From Octopus sinensis (lineage: Eukaryota): a stretch of 64,000 nt of DNA. Location: the NCBI RefSeq assembly GCF_006345805.1, contig NW_021832842.1, forward strand, positions 39,128-103,127. The letters are read 5' to 3'. Below are positions 13,134 through 28,234 of this stretch, one piece after another. The notes under the pieces were generated by a model. That model was not told where the DNA came from, searched no databases, and saw nothing but the letters and a program-made list of their open reading frames with translations. The stretch's first letter is position 1. Each line of letters starts with the position of its first letter. Both the position numbers and the translations under genes were made by a program.

Positions 13134-16001
13134 CAGTTTCCACGACACCAGATGGTAGATACCAACCCCGAAAAACCAAAAATAGTGAATCTTTCTAACC
13201 TAAACCTGTCGACACCACAAATAAAAATCCTTTCAAGAGGACTAAAATTCACTCCAACTCCGCAATACCCTAACCTGAGGGAAATACAGGATGACATCTC
13301 ACACTTTTGCAGAAAATTACGCCTCACAGAGGAATTTTTTGACAGGAAAACTAATAATAACGACGAATCAATGGTCCGTAACAAAAGCAACTATAATCCC
13401 ATAAAAGGCAAAAACAAGACCCTAGACAAATTTTGCGATTACATCTCAAACTTCCCTTATGGTGAACTCCCACAACCTAAACTCAAACCCAACACCAGTA
13501 AAAGAGAATGGGAAATCATCCATACGCTACGAGACAATCATGACATCACAATAAAGGAAGCTGATAAGGGTAGTACGGTCGTTGTTATGAATACTGAGCA
13601 ATATAAAAACTCTGTATCTCTCCTTTTAGAGGATACCACATACTATGAAAGAGTAGTCGACTACCAGCAATCCAAAACAATGACCAAACTGAAGGCACTC
13701 ATTTACCAACACCGGAATGACTTGACAGCAAAAGAATGCGACTACATTACTAAATTTAATTGCAAAACCAGCACACTCTATGGGCTTCAAAAATACACAA
13801 GAGTCAAATTATCACAGAAGCTTGCAAAAAGTCCACTTCAACCTGCATCACTATACCACATCCCACTGATCTCAAACCGAGACCAATAGTGGCAGGCCCA
13901 AGTTGTGAAACACACAGACTTAGCAACTTTATAGATATCATCTTAAAGCCAATACTGAAACACATTCCAAGTATTGGAAGAGATGACCTGGACCTATTAA
14001 ATCATCTCCCCAAACATACCGATAAAGACACTTTAATCGTTTCTTTTGATGTTATTAATCTTTACACCACAATCTCACATGAATATGGACTGGAAGCCAT
14101 TAAATTCTGGCTGGATAAATATCCCAATGAGATCCCGGAAAGAATTAAAAAAGAATTCATAATTGAGGGCCTCAAATTTATTCTGCAAAACAAATTCATG
14201 TATTTCCACAACAACACTTACAGACAGGTCTCAGGAACTGCAATGGGTACGAAAGTTGCACCAACCTATGCAAACCTGGTGATGGCCTACCTGGAATCAC
14301 ATATCTATGAAAAATCCAAATATAAGTACGGCCAGTCTTTCCACAAATACCTGTTGGAGAACTGGAAACGCTACTTAGATGATTGCCTCATCCTATGGTC
14401 CCACACACTCGACCAACTTATAGACTTCAAAAACCTTATCAACAGTGTAAATAACAACATTCAATTCACAATGGAATATAGTCAGGACCAACTCCTTTTT
14501 CTTGACATCCTAATCATTAAAAAAGGCGTCAACATTGAAACTGACATCCATTACAAACCCACTGACTCTAAACAATACCTTCTATTCACCTCCAATCACC
14601 CAAAACACACAAAGACAAATATCCCCTTCAACCTAGCGAGAAGAATCTGCACTATTGTCTCAAATGACACAACACGAAATAGAAGACTCCGGGAACTAAG
14701 GGCAATTCTTCTCGAAAGACATTACCCGGCATCACTAGTAGACAACGGAATAGAACGGGCCAAATCAATCAACATTCAAGACCTACGAAAACCCAAACAC
14801 ATCCACAGTACAGTAAATAGCCTCCCCTATCTCTCAACACACAACCCATTCCACAACTAAATCATTCCACAACTAAATCATTCCACAACTAAATCAAGAC
14901 CCACGCCTGAAAAAAATACTGGCAGCTCATAAAATAATAAAAAGTAAGAGACAACCTAAATCCCTAAAAAACCTCCTCACCAACGCAAAATTACACAACA
15001 CAAACCCACCGCCCACCATCAAAAAATGTGGTCGCCCCAACTGCAGGACCTGCATCCACCTCATTGAGGGATCGTCGTACAAGTTCCACTCGGGACACAC
15101 ATTCATCATAAAAAATAATTTCACGTGCGCATCAAAAAATTTACTCTACGTCATAAGGTGTGAAGGATGCCACGAAGACTACATAGGGCAAACGAGCCTT
15201 ACCCTCAGAGAAAAAATGACAGTTCACCGACAACAACTGAGGGACCCCTCCACAAGACAGATACCACTAAGTGGACACTTAGACCTTTGTGCACACAATA
15301 AGTCCCCCAAATTCTTAGTCTTCCCACTATACCAATGCTCGGACAACACCACAGACCAAACACGAATAAATAGGGAAAGTAATCTTATTCAAAAATACAG
15401 ACCACAACTAAACATACTCTAACATACCCCCTGGACACACATCCAGAGCAAGCACACAGGGACACGCGCACACTCACAGCATATCGTGCGGGCGGACACA
15501 TGCGCGCATCGGCACGCATAGGACACAATAGCGGGCATTGACCGCACACATACGTGGCACGCACACGCATGCATTATATATATGTAGGTTATGTATGTGT
15601 GTGAGTGTAGTGTGTGTGTGTGTGTGCGTTGTGTGTGTGTGTGCGCGCGTGTGTATATATGTGTGTGTGTGTGCACTGTGTGCGTGTGTGTGTATGTGTG
15701 TGTGTGGGCGTTGTGTGTGCACGTGTGTATATATGTGTGTGTGTGTGCACTGTGTGCGTGTGTGTGTATGTGTGTGTGTGAGCATTGTGTACGTGTGTAT
15801 GTATTTACATGTGTATTTGTTTTATATATATATATATATGTGTGTGTGTGTTGTGTGTGTATATGCATGGTATGTGTGTATATGTGAGTACATTGTTTGT
15901 GTGTGTGTGCGGTAGGTAGAGATATATTTGAGTGTATACGCTATAGGTTTGTATTTTGTGTGTGTATGTGTGTGAAAAAATATATATATGTGCATGTATG
16001 T

Positions 16002-16041
<40 letters not shown>

Positions 16042-16594
16042 ATATATATGTGTGTGTGTGTATATATATTTGCATGTATATGTGTGTATAAACATGTGCA
16101 TTATTTGCATGCGCATTGTGTATATGTATATTGTATGTATGTGTATTGTATATGTATGTGTACAATTAAGTGTATATATGTGTGAGTATGTGTGCATTGT
16201 ATATATGTATACTGTAGGTGTGCTATATATGCATGAATACATGTATATACATTGCATGTATATATATGTATGCATTGTGTATGTATGTTATGTGTGTGTG
16301 TGTATATATATATTAATTGTATGCGTACGTGTATGTGTATGCATTGTGTGTATGTATATTGTGTGTATATGTGGTATATCTATGTATGTGTATGTAAACA
16401 CTATTTATATGTATATATGTATATATGTATATGCATTGTCTATATATATATATAATATGTATGTATTGCGTATGTATATTGCATGCATATATTGTGTATG
16501 TGTATTATATACATGCTGTGTATGTGTATGGTATGTATATATATGCTAGGTATATTTGTGTGATATTTATATTATGTATGTATGTATGCGTGTG

Positions 16595-16629
<35 letters not shown>

Positions 16630-17466
16630 GTGTGTGTATATTATATATGTGGGTGCGTTGTGTATGTGTGTGTTCTGTGTGTGTGTGTGTTCTGTGTATG
16701 TGGTGTGTGTTTGTATACTATGTGTGTGTGTGTGTATGTGTTGTGTGTGTGTGTATATATGTGTGTGACAAACAGACGCCGTCTGACCAGCAGGCACACG
16801 GACACATCTGTTCACACCCGCATACTCACCTCCCGATAACCCCAAAATCATTGATGCTTGAAGGGGAACCATACACAAAACTGGGTACACATCTTTTTCT
16901 CTCAATTCAACTTTTCTGCTAAAACAAACAGGTCAGTAAAAACAAATTCTCGCCTTCATTTCAAAATATTCTGAGATGTATAAAATATCCATTTTAATTT
17001 TCTCTGTCAATATTACAAACTTTCTCACCAAACTATTACATTTCCTTATGTCTTTAACATGTCCTTTCTACCAAAGACTGTATATATACATGTAATGTGA
17101 CAATTTGCGACAACCAATAATTAACGCAACCAATTTCCAATAATATATTTGTTTTATTCTCTTCTGCCAATTTTTCCAAATATTCTCATCACACTATTGA
17201 ACTTTTTTATGCCCTTAACATATCTGTTACCAAACACTATATTTATACATGTAATGTGACAATTATGTATAAAAAAACATTTTTGAATTCATAATATACA
17301 ATGTGACAATTATGTAAAACACTTTTTTGAACCCATAATATTCAATGTTACTTTTGACAATCTTTTACCAAGAGTGAATCCGGTTAAGTAAATAAACATC
17401 TTTTAAATTGCATTTTCAAACCTTCTTTCATATATAATTCCACTCGTGCGATACCCCACAACTCAA

Positions 17467-17470
<4 letters not shown>
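13134..17470 (+). mobile_element. Penelope-like retroelement (RT + GIY-YIG endonuclease), 5'-truncated and frameshifted, with a long microsatellite-rich 3' region
   Basis: LSRGLKFTPTP, IKEADKGSTVVVM, SFDVINLYTTI, GTAMGTKVAPTYANLVM, WKRYLDDC, FLDILI, and GIY-YIG LLYVIRCEGCHEDYIGQT. Coding pieces are 13152..13889, 13760..14860 and ~14900..15422. Confidence 0.93.
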
Positions 17471-17528
<58 letters not shown>

Positions 17529-18192
17529 GTGTGTATATAGATATATAATAGCTGAACACAGATAATATATACTCCCATACCCACACAAACACGTAATACC
17601 TGAACATAGGCTATTTATACATACACACGCAACATGCATTAACACATAGTACATATATAGACAAAGATATCTTTCGCCCACATATATACATATATATACC
17701 ATACACATGCACACTTTTTGGTCACAGACACGCTCACATGTACACACACCACGTGAAAAAGAACCCATCAACTACTATACACACACGTTGCAGACGCACA
17801 CACTCACACACGTCAGAGTCTAACCCCTATTCACACGCACACACACTTAAACATTCATACATACCATTCTTACATACCCACACACGTACGCACACCTTCA
17901 TTTGGGATCAGCAGTACTTTATTACCTCACTTTCTTTCAACCTCTTTTTTTATATTATTATCTCTCGTTCTTTCAAACTCTTTTCTAATCATTCGCCATG
18001 TTTATTTTCTCATTACTTTCTGTTCAAGAGCGTAGGCCCGAAACGTAAAAAACTTTTCCATTTTCCCAAGCGTCAAACTAATACACTTGCTTGTTCATAC
18101 ACCGGTCTTTGTCTTTCGTTTTTCAATAAATTTCAACGATACATACATACATACATTATATATATATAGAGAGAGAGAGAGTGAGTCTCTTA

Positions 18193-19637
18193 TCTCTTAT
18201 GATAAAAGGCAGATTTTCTCTGCCTCCCAAATAGTTTGTTTTTTATACAATTGTACAATATAGAATTTCTTCAATTGGATTTTTCGAAGTAGATTCCATT
18301 GGGTCATGGCATGTAAAGTTTTTTTCAATTTTACCTCCCAATTAAGCAAAATTTCGAGAAAACTCAATATTTTACGATTTCCCTCTCTCATTTCAATTGC
18401 TTCACTCCTTCCATTACCACCGCACTTTCTCCTACTTTCTCTTTGCAAGTGTGCAACAATTAAAGTGAAAGTATTTATATAACAGGGATGAGCCATTAAT
18501 ACTGGTCATCCTTTTTGCTAGAGGAAGATCCGCTATGGTCTTATATGCTATATCACTGGTTTTCAATTCATATTAATCAAATTAATATTCAATTTTTCAC
18601 CCTCATTATGTGTGTGTGTATTAGCAATTCGTATAAAAATTGCATCAATGACTTGAACTTGAATAAGTGGTTTCACATAAATGGGGGTAAATTAAAAAGG
18701 TTTGTTGTTATTATTATTACTGTTTGACTATTGTAATCACGTTTGTTGGTTCCTCGTCAGGGAAACATTGTTGTGTTGCATTTGTTAAATAATTGTAAGC
18801 CGTAACCCTCCCCCTTTCGGAGAAGGGGCTTTGGTTATTGTTTAAAAATTTAATTGTGTCCCTGCTTCGGGAAATTGACAATATTTTCACCGTCTTTACC
18901 GAAGCATTTTTGTTAAAATGCCTTCGATAGAAGAAAGTCCAAAAATGAATTTCGCTGCAGCCGTACACTTCTATACAAGAGGGAGGACAAGATCCAATTG
19001 ATCGAAATTGCAAGAGACGGGCCTACAATTCCAGTCTGTTATATATTTTGAGTATTGTTATCACTAGCGATATCAAGATATAACTTTGTATTTTGTATTT
19101 TATGTGTAGATGTATATATATAGATGTACATGTAATATGTACACATATATATACACATATATACATGCATAATATATGTACCCATACACACATACGCACA
19201 CACACACACATATATAGGGGCAGGTGTGGCTGTGTGGTAACAAACTACGTTCCAAACACATGGTCCTGGGTTCAGTCCCACTGTGTGGTGACTTGGCATG
19301 TGTCTTCTGCTGTAGCTTCAGACCAACAAAAGCCTTCTCAGTGGATTTTGTACATATATATACATTTAACAAATCTCAGGGTCAAACCCTCTCTGTAGCT
19401 GGTCTTCTCTTGGAAGAGCCCTGCTTCTCGCATAGGCAACTGTATGTTGCCTGCTCAAGAGTAGGAACCAAAAGAAACCTTTTTGTATATGCTCCACAAG
19501 GAAAAACAAGGAACATTTTTACAACGAGGTGTTATAATCTCAAGAACCAGGAGGTATATACATGATCCCCCTTTTTTTAACAAACTTCATGTACTTTCAT
19601 GTATTTATACCCGGCGTCGCCCGGTTACATTCAATAG
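18193..19637 (+). mobile_element. Non-autonomous Helitron with a nested SINE (~19218..19350)
   Basis: Same 5' end as the 19783 element (A|TCTCTTATGATAAAAGGCAGATTTTCTCTGCC). Helicase C-terminal fragment NKSQGQTLSVAGLLLEEPCFSHRQLYVACSRV. 3' hairpin cccggcgtcgcccgg. Confidence 0.75.
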
Positions 19638-19656
19638 AAGAATTAGACTTTTCTGT

Positions 19657-19734
<78 letters not shown>

Positions 19735-19782
19735 TATATATATGGATACACACACACACACACACACACACAAATATATGTA

Positions 19783-20029
19783 TCTCTTATGATAAAAGGC
19801 AGATTTTCTCTGCCTGTTACCATGTTCGTTTTTAATACAAATCAGTCCTCTTTCTACCACTCTTATTCAACATCACACATTCTGCTACTTTCTCTTATTA
19901 ATGCTTAAACCACTCCTCAAAAAAATTAAAATTCAAAAAATAAATCCAGACAGGAAACAGAACAAAAAACACTGTGTGTGTGTGTTACAGTTGTCAATTG
20001 TTGAAAGAAACAAATTGTAAGCTAAGAAG

Positions 20030-20073
<44 letters not shown>

Positions 20074-20075
20074 TG

Positions 20076-20107
<32 letters not shown>

Positions 20108-23100
20108 GCGTGTGCGTGTGTGTGTATGTGTGTGTGTGTGAGTGTGTGTGTGTGTGTGTGTGCGTGTGCGTGTGTGTGTCTGTGTGTCTGTGTGAGTGTG
20201 TGTGTGTGTAGGAAGTGAAGGATAAAAATATGGACCTTTTATTTCCGTACAGACAACATAACACTATCAACCTCATACCACCACAACATTTTTCTTTATC
20301 CTGTCAAAAACTGATTCATTCCATCCCTTTCACCTACGACCTCAGCTACGTCAGCCGAAAGTAAAATCAACAGAGGATCACCTTTATACCTACAAACGTA
20401 TGTCTATTTTTATAGCTGCAACACATTATATATTCCGTACTTAACACACACCATGACACACCACAAATGTACCCTGAACGAGAAGGACTATTCATTATAA
20501 TACATCAGTTCCACACATTTGCCCTGGTTCCATTTCGGACAACTGCACAAACATTTGCCATTTGACACATGTATGTAAACAAATTCCTTTCTTAAAAATT
20601 TCAATTCATTTTCTTTTCCAATTTACGTTTCTATACACTTTACACAAATATTTGATTAAACAACTAAAACACTTCACATTTCGAACATGTACGTAAACTA
20701 CTTCCATTCTTACAAATCTAACTTTATTTTCTTGCTTTTAACTCAGCTTTCAATACACTTTACACACTCTGTCGCTATACTTGCATAAACAATTTCTTTC
20801 AGCTGCAAATATTTCTTTCTTTTCCTTCCACGGTCAACATTTTTCCACATTTCATTCACATTACAATTTCTATCTTTAAGTAACTTTCACCCTTTCTTTT
20901 TCACATAAAATGCCACCGAAAAAGAGAAGTCGCCTCGGCCGCCATACTGCAGCAGCAACGGTGCAAAAGGCGATTATCGCAAACGAGTCCTCCGACAAAA
21001 AGACTTTCAGACTTTCACAGAGCGCCTTACGTTCAGCGCAATCACGAGCTGCTGAAAATTTACAACAGCGCAACGCACGCCTAGCAAAAATGGCTTCATA
21101 CGATGCTGCTTCCAGGGCTTCAGAGGGTCCGGAAACAAGGTCGAAGCGCATGGCCATAAATGCTTCTGCTGTTGCTGCACAAAGGACTTCAGAGGACCCA
21201 CAACAAAGGGCCACTCGACTGGCTACAAACGCTGCGGCTACTGCTGCTTCAGCATTTCGACACATTCCCACGACTCAGACCAGCAACGTTCTACATTCCA
21301 GCGGAACAGTCGACGCCGCAAGGCTACTCGCGGTCTGACGAGTCCAAACAGCCCTTACTGGCATCTACGGGCTTTCAAGTATGAGCCCAACTTCAATTAC
21401 TCGATGCACGCTGACATAAATATTGGGGAAATGTGCTTCAATTGCCAATTCTGCAATGCTAAAAAGTGGGCTGGGGAACCACCTGCAATGTGCTGCTTAA
21501 ACGGTAAGGTCAGCTTGCCTCCCCTTCGGGAGCTGCCAGACTCTTTGAAGGAATTACTTACTGGTTCCACCTCAAGGTCATCAAAATTCCTTCAACTCAT
21601 CAGGAAGTACAATTGTGCATTTCAGATGACTTCTTTCGGGGCTGACGTTGTCAGAGAAACTGGTTGGATGCCTACTTTCAAGGTCCAGGGCCAGGTGTAC
21701 CACCTTATTGGGTCACTCCAGCCACTACAAAATTGCAAACCTTCGCTCCTTCAAATTTATTTCCTTTCAAATTACAATAGGCAACTTGATGTGCGTTTCG
21801 GCGTAATTCCACAACCTGCAAACACTGACGCTGACAATTTCGACAGGGACGTGCTGCTCAGTCTGCAAAACATGCTTCATGAGCACAACAGCTACATTCG
21901 GAGTTTCAAATACGCCTTGGAAACATCCCCTTCACTAACATTCCCCATTGTCATCGATGCTGACAAAAGACCTGGGGAGCACGCACGTCGATATAACGCT
22001 CCTTCGTGCATTGAAGTGGCCATAGTTCTCCATGGTGAACAGCACAATCAGCAAGACATAGTTCTTCAAAGCCGCGACAGTGGTCTTCAGCGTATTAATG
22101 AGATGCATCGGTCATATGACGCCCTGCAGTATCCCCTTCTTTTTCCGTATGGAGAAGACGGGTACCATTTCGGCATTCCTCACCACAAACCAAACGAGCC
22201 CTCTGCTGCGACATCTAAAACTGTTTCATGTATGGCTTTTTACTCATACCGCTTCATGACAAGACATAATGATTTCAACCCCCTGCACAGATCACGGGAA
22301 CTGTTTCACCAGTTTGCAGTTAACATGGCTGCAAAGATGGAGTCCGAGAGACTGTGCTTCATCAAATTGAATCAGAAGCAGCTGCGCTCAGGCTCCTACA
22401 TCCATTTGCGTGATGGCATCAGGAATGACACTGACGCCCGCAATATCGGCAAAATATGCATTCTCCCCTCAACCTATACAGAGGGCACACGTTTACATGC
22501 ACGAGCGAACACAAGACGCTATGACTTACGTTCGGCATTATGGACGACCCGATTTATTCATTACCTTTACATGTAACACAAAGTGGGTTGAGGTAACGCG
22601 AGAACTTCTCCCAGGGCAGCAGTACTGTCATCGCCATGATATTATTGCAAGGGTTTTCAGGCAGAAACTGGCTAAGCTCATTCATTTAATAAAAAAAGGG
22701 CAGGTTTTTGGGCCTGTTAACTGCCACATGTATACTGTTGAGTGGCAGAAAAGAGGGTTGCCACACGCGCACATTTTGCTTTGATTGGTCAACAAAATAG
22801 ACCCAACAGTTCTTGATGATCTCATTGCAGCAGAAATTCCGGACCCAACTGTTGACCGCCATCTGTACGTCATTGTGAAGGCACACATGGTACACGGTCC
22901 GTACGGTCCTGGTTTTCAAAAGTTCTCCTCATGCCACAAAGACCACGTGTGCACTAAACGGTACCCAAAGAGGTTCGTGGACGAGACCCAGACCGGCTGC
23001 GACGGATACCCACTGTACAGAAGAAGGCACCCTGACAATGGTGGATTCACTATGACGTTACGGGGTCATCAAGTGGATAATAGGTGGGTAGTACCGTACT

Positions 23101-26100
23101 GTCCATTTCTGATGAAAACTTTTAACGCTCACATAAATGTGGAGTTCTGTCATTCAGTCAAGTCTATAAAGTATATATGTAAATATGTTAACAAGGGTTC
23201 TGACACTGCCATATTTGGCCTTCAAAAGAACAATAGCATGGACGAGGTGTCACAGTACTTGGCAGGTCGGTACATAAGCAGTGGTGAAGCTTTTTGGCGG
23301 ATATTCGGGTTTCCACTTCACCAAAGGCACCCCGCCATCAGACAACTAGCGGTTCATTTGGAAAATGGCCAGCGAACTTACTTTACTGAACAGACTGCAG
23401 CTGAATTGGCGGCAAATCCAAAACAAACAACTTTGACCGGTTTCTTTAGGCTTTGCCAACTTGACACATTTGCTAAAACACTTTTATACCCTCAGGTCGC
23501 GTCCTACTACGTGTGGTCAAACAACAATTGGGTGCGTAGGAAGTTGGGTCAGGATGTTGAAGGACATCCTGGTGTCAAGTTTAACAGTTGTCTAGGAAGA
23601 GTCTACACTGTACCTCCAAACCAACATGAGTGTTTTCACCTGCGCCTTCTCCTCCATGAGGTTTTAGGCCCACAAAGTTTTCAAGACATCAGAACTGTTG
23701 ATGGTGTATTATGTGATACTTTCCGCGAAGCCTGTTTTCGGCGTCGACTTTTGGAGGATGATTCACAATGGGGCGCCACTATGGCGGAGGGTGTTTCGTT
23801 AAAATCTCCTAAAAAAATCAGATCACTTTTCGCTATTCCACTACTATGGTGTGACTTGGCTAATCCCGCCTCTTTATGGCTTACCTACAAAGATTATATG
23901 TCTGAAGATTTCCTGCGTCACGCTCAATCGCTACATCCATCAATGGAGGTCGGGTACACTTACCTCATTTACAACAGGGCGCTGCTTGAAATCGAAGATA
24001 CTGTACTTGATATGGGCGGTAATGCCTTGCCGGTCTATGGCCTACCTTCAACAAACCGGGAAGACACAAACACTCTGTCTTCACATTTGCTGCGTGAGAC
24101 ATGTTTTAATGTTGACGAGCTTGCCGAGTACATAGCCGACAATGAGCCAAAGCTCCTTCCAGAACAGAAGTTCGCTTACAACTCCGTTGTTAATTCAGTC
24201 CGGGCCAAAGCTGGGGGGATTTTTTTCCTCGACGCTCCTGGGGGCACTGGGAAAACTTTTGTCAACAAATTAATATTGGCTGAGATTAGGCGAACACAAG
24301 GCATTGCCCTAGCTGTGGCATCACCTGGAATTGCGGCTACTTTGTTGCCAGGCGGCAGGGCAGCTCACTCCACTTTCAAGCTCCCGCTTGACTTAGCGAA
24401 GACTGAGACACCAACTTGCAACATCAGTAACAGCTCCGATCAGGCAGAAGTCTTCAGACGATGCAAGCTTATCGTTTGTGATGAATGCACGATGGCCCAC
24501 AGAGGTGCTCTTGAAGCACTAGATAGATGTCTTAGAGACATCAAACACTCTTCAGCTCCCATAACAATTCTTCTTTCAGGGGACTTCCGGCAAACACTTC
24601 CCGTTATTCCCAAAGGGACTAGAGCTGATGCAGTAAGTGCGTGTCTTAAGTCATCCACATTGTGGCCACTGGTGAAGACTCTCAAACTTCACACCAATAT
24701 GCGTGCTCATATGCGACGTGATATCACATCAGCAGCATTTTCTCACACCCTCCTTGCACTTGGCGAAGGCAAAATACCAGGGGATGAAAATGGTAATATT
24801 GCCATCGATTCCATTTGTACCATTGTTAAAACGCCTTCTGATCTCAGAGATGCAGTGTTCCCAGATCTACAAGCTAATTATCAGAATATGGATTGGATTG
24901 GCCAAAGGGCTATTCTGGCCCCGAGGAATAAAACTGTTCACTATATTAATGATGAAATGCTAAAACTCATTCCTGGGGATGTCTATGTATATAAGTCTAT
25001 CGATACAACTCCTGACCCAGAGGACGTCATCAATTATCCAATAGAGGTATCCAATTCCTTTGAGCCACCCCCCCCCGGACTACCACCACACATTCTCAAA
25101 CTTAAAGTTGGTGCCCCTATAATGCTCATTAGAAATTTGGTTCCCCCAAAACAATGCAATGGCACACGTTTGATCGTTAAGTCCTTATCTCCCAATCTGA
25201 TTGAGGCCACCATTATCACAGGGTGCGGTCGAGGCAACGTTGTGCTCATACCTAGGATGCATCTTTTCCCATCAGGAGCAGACCTACCTTTCATATTTCG
25301 GAGGTCCCAGTTCCCAGTAAGGCCATATTTCGCAATGACAATTATTAAAGCGCAGGGTCAAATACTGTCTGTGGCGGGAATACATTTGGGAGAGCCATGT
25401 TTCTCTCATGGTCAGCTTTATGTTGGCTGCTCGCGTGTCGGCAGCAACAGTGATGCTTTCGCATTCGTTCCACAACGAAAAACAAAAAGCATTGTGTACA
25501 AGGAGGTTTTATAGAATTACGTTTCATCATTTTCGAACACGTTAGTATTTCACTTACGTACGACTCTCTTTTATGATGGCATTTACATTTTTAGGCGTTT
25601 CATGACATTAATTCACACTTAACCAACACCTGTCCTTCGCTCACCTCTATTTCTATCCATTCATCATCAAACCACCAGCCTCATCTTTTATATCCAACGT
25701 ACTTGACACATCTACCCCCTACATCTACACTCTCACTGTTAAAGTTTACATAAGCGACAACACGATCGCAACATACACTTTGGAAACTAAGCAACATATT
25801 ATTTTATACAACAACAAATTTAATCATAACGCCCATCAATGAAAACTTCTCCACCACTGTGTTGTGATTCATCTATTCAGCACCACTACAGTCTTGCCGG
25901 TCTGACATATGGTGAGTAGATGCTAGTATTCTATATTTTATAAATTACCCATATTTACTTACCCATGCTTCATTCCCCTCTTGCCTACATAGGGCATCCA
26001 TTCTCTTTGAACACAACATGAAGTTTTGTAACAGCACACCCGCTGCCGTTCGTGGAAAACGAAGAGACCCTATTCACCTGCGAACGTTTTACATCGCCTT

Positions 26101-26351
26101 CCACGACTATCAAATTCTTACAATTATGAGAACAATAACATGGCTCTTTTCAAGGCAACCTCGCATTCAATTCTTACACCATTCTACGAGGGGGTAGGAA
26201 ATCCTTAACACAGTTTTCTATATACTTACAAATACATTCATTCGCCGTAAACTTATATCAATATTTGCCTGAATAATCATCATAATTCAGTGCAATCATT
26301 AACAGTACTTTCAAGCAATTCAGCCCCGAGCAACGCCGGGCAATTCTGCTA

Positions 26352-26352
<1 letters not shown>
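19783..26352 (+). mobile_element. Near-complete Helitron (rolling-circle transposon)
   Basis: 5' A|TC. The 3' hairpin 'cccgagcaacgccggg' is followed by CTAG|T at 26349..26353. Contains the RepHel coding region. Confidence 0.93.
20910..25514 (+). pseudogene. Helitron RepHel (Zn-finger + HUH Rep + PIF1-type SF1 helicase), disrupted
   Basis: CQFCNAKKW...CCLNG, LFITFTCN, VEWQKRGLPHAHILL, KYICKYVNKG, DAPGGTGKT, DECTM, GDFRQTLPV, FSHGQLYVGCSRV. Frameshifts near ~21250-21400 and ~22485, and an in-frame TGA at 22782..22784. Confidence 0.93.
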
Positions 26353-26423
<71 letters not shown>

Positions 26424-26641
26424 GTGTATGTGTGTGTAGGTATTTGTGCATGTATCCCTATATATATTGTCTATGTAGATGTGTGTGTATATGTGTGTAT
26501 ATGTCTATGTATGTACATGTATATATGTATGTATATGAGTATGTGTGCATACATATCTATATATGTGTGTATGAGTATATGTATGTGTGTGTGTATTTAG
26601 GTATATAAGTGTGGAAGTGTGTATATATCTATATGTATACT

Positions 26642-26681
<40 letters not shown>

Positions 26682-27094
26682 TGCATGTGCACATATCTAT
26701 CTATGTGTGTATGTATATATAATTTGTTACGCGTTAGACAAATAAAGCAACAATCCCGTATAATTCAGTTATGTATTGAGAAAATGATATGGCAAAACTC
26801 ACATCAAAATCAGCACAAAGCTGTTATAATATATTTGAGTCCAAGGCATAAAGCCATCACAAAATATTCGAGTTCAAAGCACAGAGCCGTTACAAATAGA
26901 TTGACTATGTCAGTCCTTCTTATTTGAAAATTCCGTGCTGGAGATACGAAGTCGTAGATTTCCTTGGTTTATTCCAAATCCTCCAAAATACCGGTCGAAA
27001 CAAAAGAAAGATCACTCTTCTTATCTTGTGTTGTTACCGTTTATGTCGAAACTCCTCTACATTGGAGTTTTTTGTTTGTTTCTTCCTTCTCGAG

Positions 27095-27380
27095 CCATGC
27101 CTGGCTCATAAGGGGCGGTTTCCCGGTTTCCTTGGCGTATAGGTTCCCCACCTGGACGGGACGCCGGTCCATCGCTGATGAGCTGCAAGATGCAGGAGGA
27201 AAGGGCGAGAGAAAGTTGTGGCGAAAGAGTCAGCAGAAGTTCGCCATTACCTTTTGCCGGAGCTGCGCGGAGCGTAGGTGCTTCACTCATAAACACACAC
27301 ATCGCCCTGTCTGAGATTCGAACCCGCGATCCCCCGACCGCGAGTTTGCTGCTCTAACCACTAGGCCATGTGCCTCCACC
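27095..27380 (-). mobile_element. tRNA-derived SINE
   Basis: Minus strand 'ggtggaggcacatggcctagtggttagagcagc...gcgggttcgaatctc' carries A- and B-box-like motifs. Confidence 0.7.
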
Positions 27381-27394
27381 CTAGCATGCTAACG

Positions 27395-27968
27395 TTTCTT
27401 ATTTCTTTATTGCCAACAAGGAGCTACACACAGAGCGAACAAACAAGGACAGACAAACGGATTAAGTCGTTTATATCGACCCCAGTGCGTAACTGGTACT
27501 TATTTAATCAAACCCGGAAGGATGAAAGGCAAAGTCGACCTCGGCGGAATTTGAACTCAGAACGTAGCGACAGACGAAATACCTATTTCTTTACTACCCA
27601 CAAGGGGCTAAACACAAGGACATACAAACGGATTAAGTCGATTATATCGACCCTAGTGCGTAACTGTTACTTATTTAATCGACCCCGAAAGGATGAAAGG
27701 CAAAGTCGAACTCGGCGGAATTTGAACTCAGAACGTAACGGCAGACGAAATACCTATTCATTTACTACCCACAAGGGGCTAAACACAGAGGAGACAAACA
27801 AGGACAGACAAACGGATTAAGTCGATTATATCGACCCCAGTGCGTAACTGGTACTTAATTTATCGACACCGAAAGGATGAAAGGCAAAGTCGACCTCGGC
27901 GGAATTTGAACTCAGAACGTAATGGCAGACGCAATACGGCTACGCATTTCACCCGGCGTGCTCGCCGC
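27395..27968 (-). mobile_element. SINE with three tandem ~180 bp units
   Basis: 'gtgcgtaactggtactt...aaggatgaaaggcaaagtcgacctcggcggaatttgaactcagaacgt' occurs three times. Related single copies lie at 36220..36430(+), 40650..40860(-) and ~62390..62515(+). Confidence 0.8.
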
Positions 27969-28234
27969 TTTCACTTGTTAATTACTAAGATTAATATATT
28001 AGTACGCATAAAGAGATTAGAATAATTCTTAAATATAATTACGTATCTTTTTGAATAATTATGCATATATGAATATTTCTTGTAGACTCTAGAATATTTA
28101 ACATATATCATGATATTATGTTCTTTCGAACTTGTGTGCACATAAAAATTATGGTAATATTAGACTACTGGCTCTAATTTATTTTCATCTGTAAAATTAA
28201 GTAATATTTTGATAATTTATACATTTATATATTA

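Noticed and set aside
22785-25514. 909-aa ORF as a host PIF1 helicase gene
   Set aside because: Intronless, preceded by HUH Rep motifs and bounded by Helitron termini.
27310-27380. tRNA-like sequence on the minus strand
   Set aside because: It is the head of a SINE and continues into a SINE body; I could not build a full cloverleaf.
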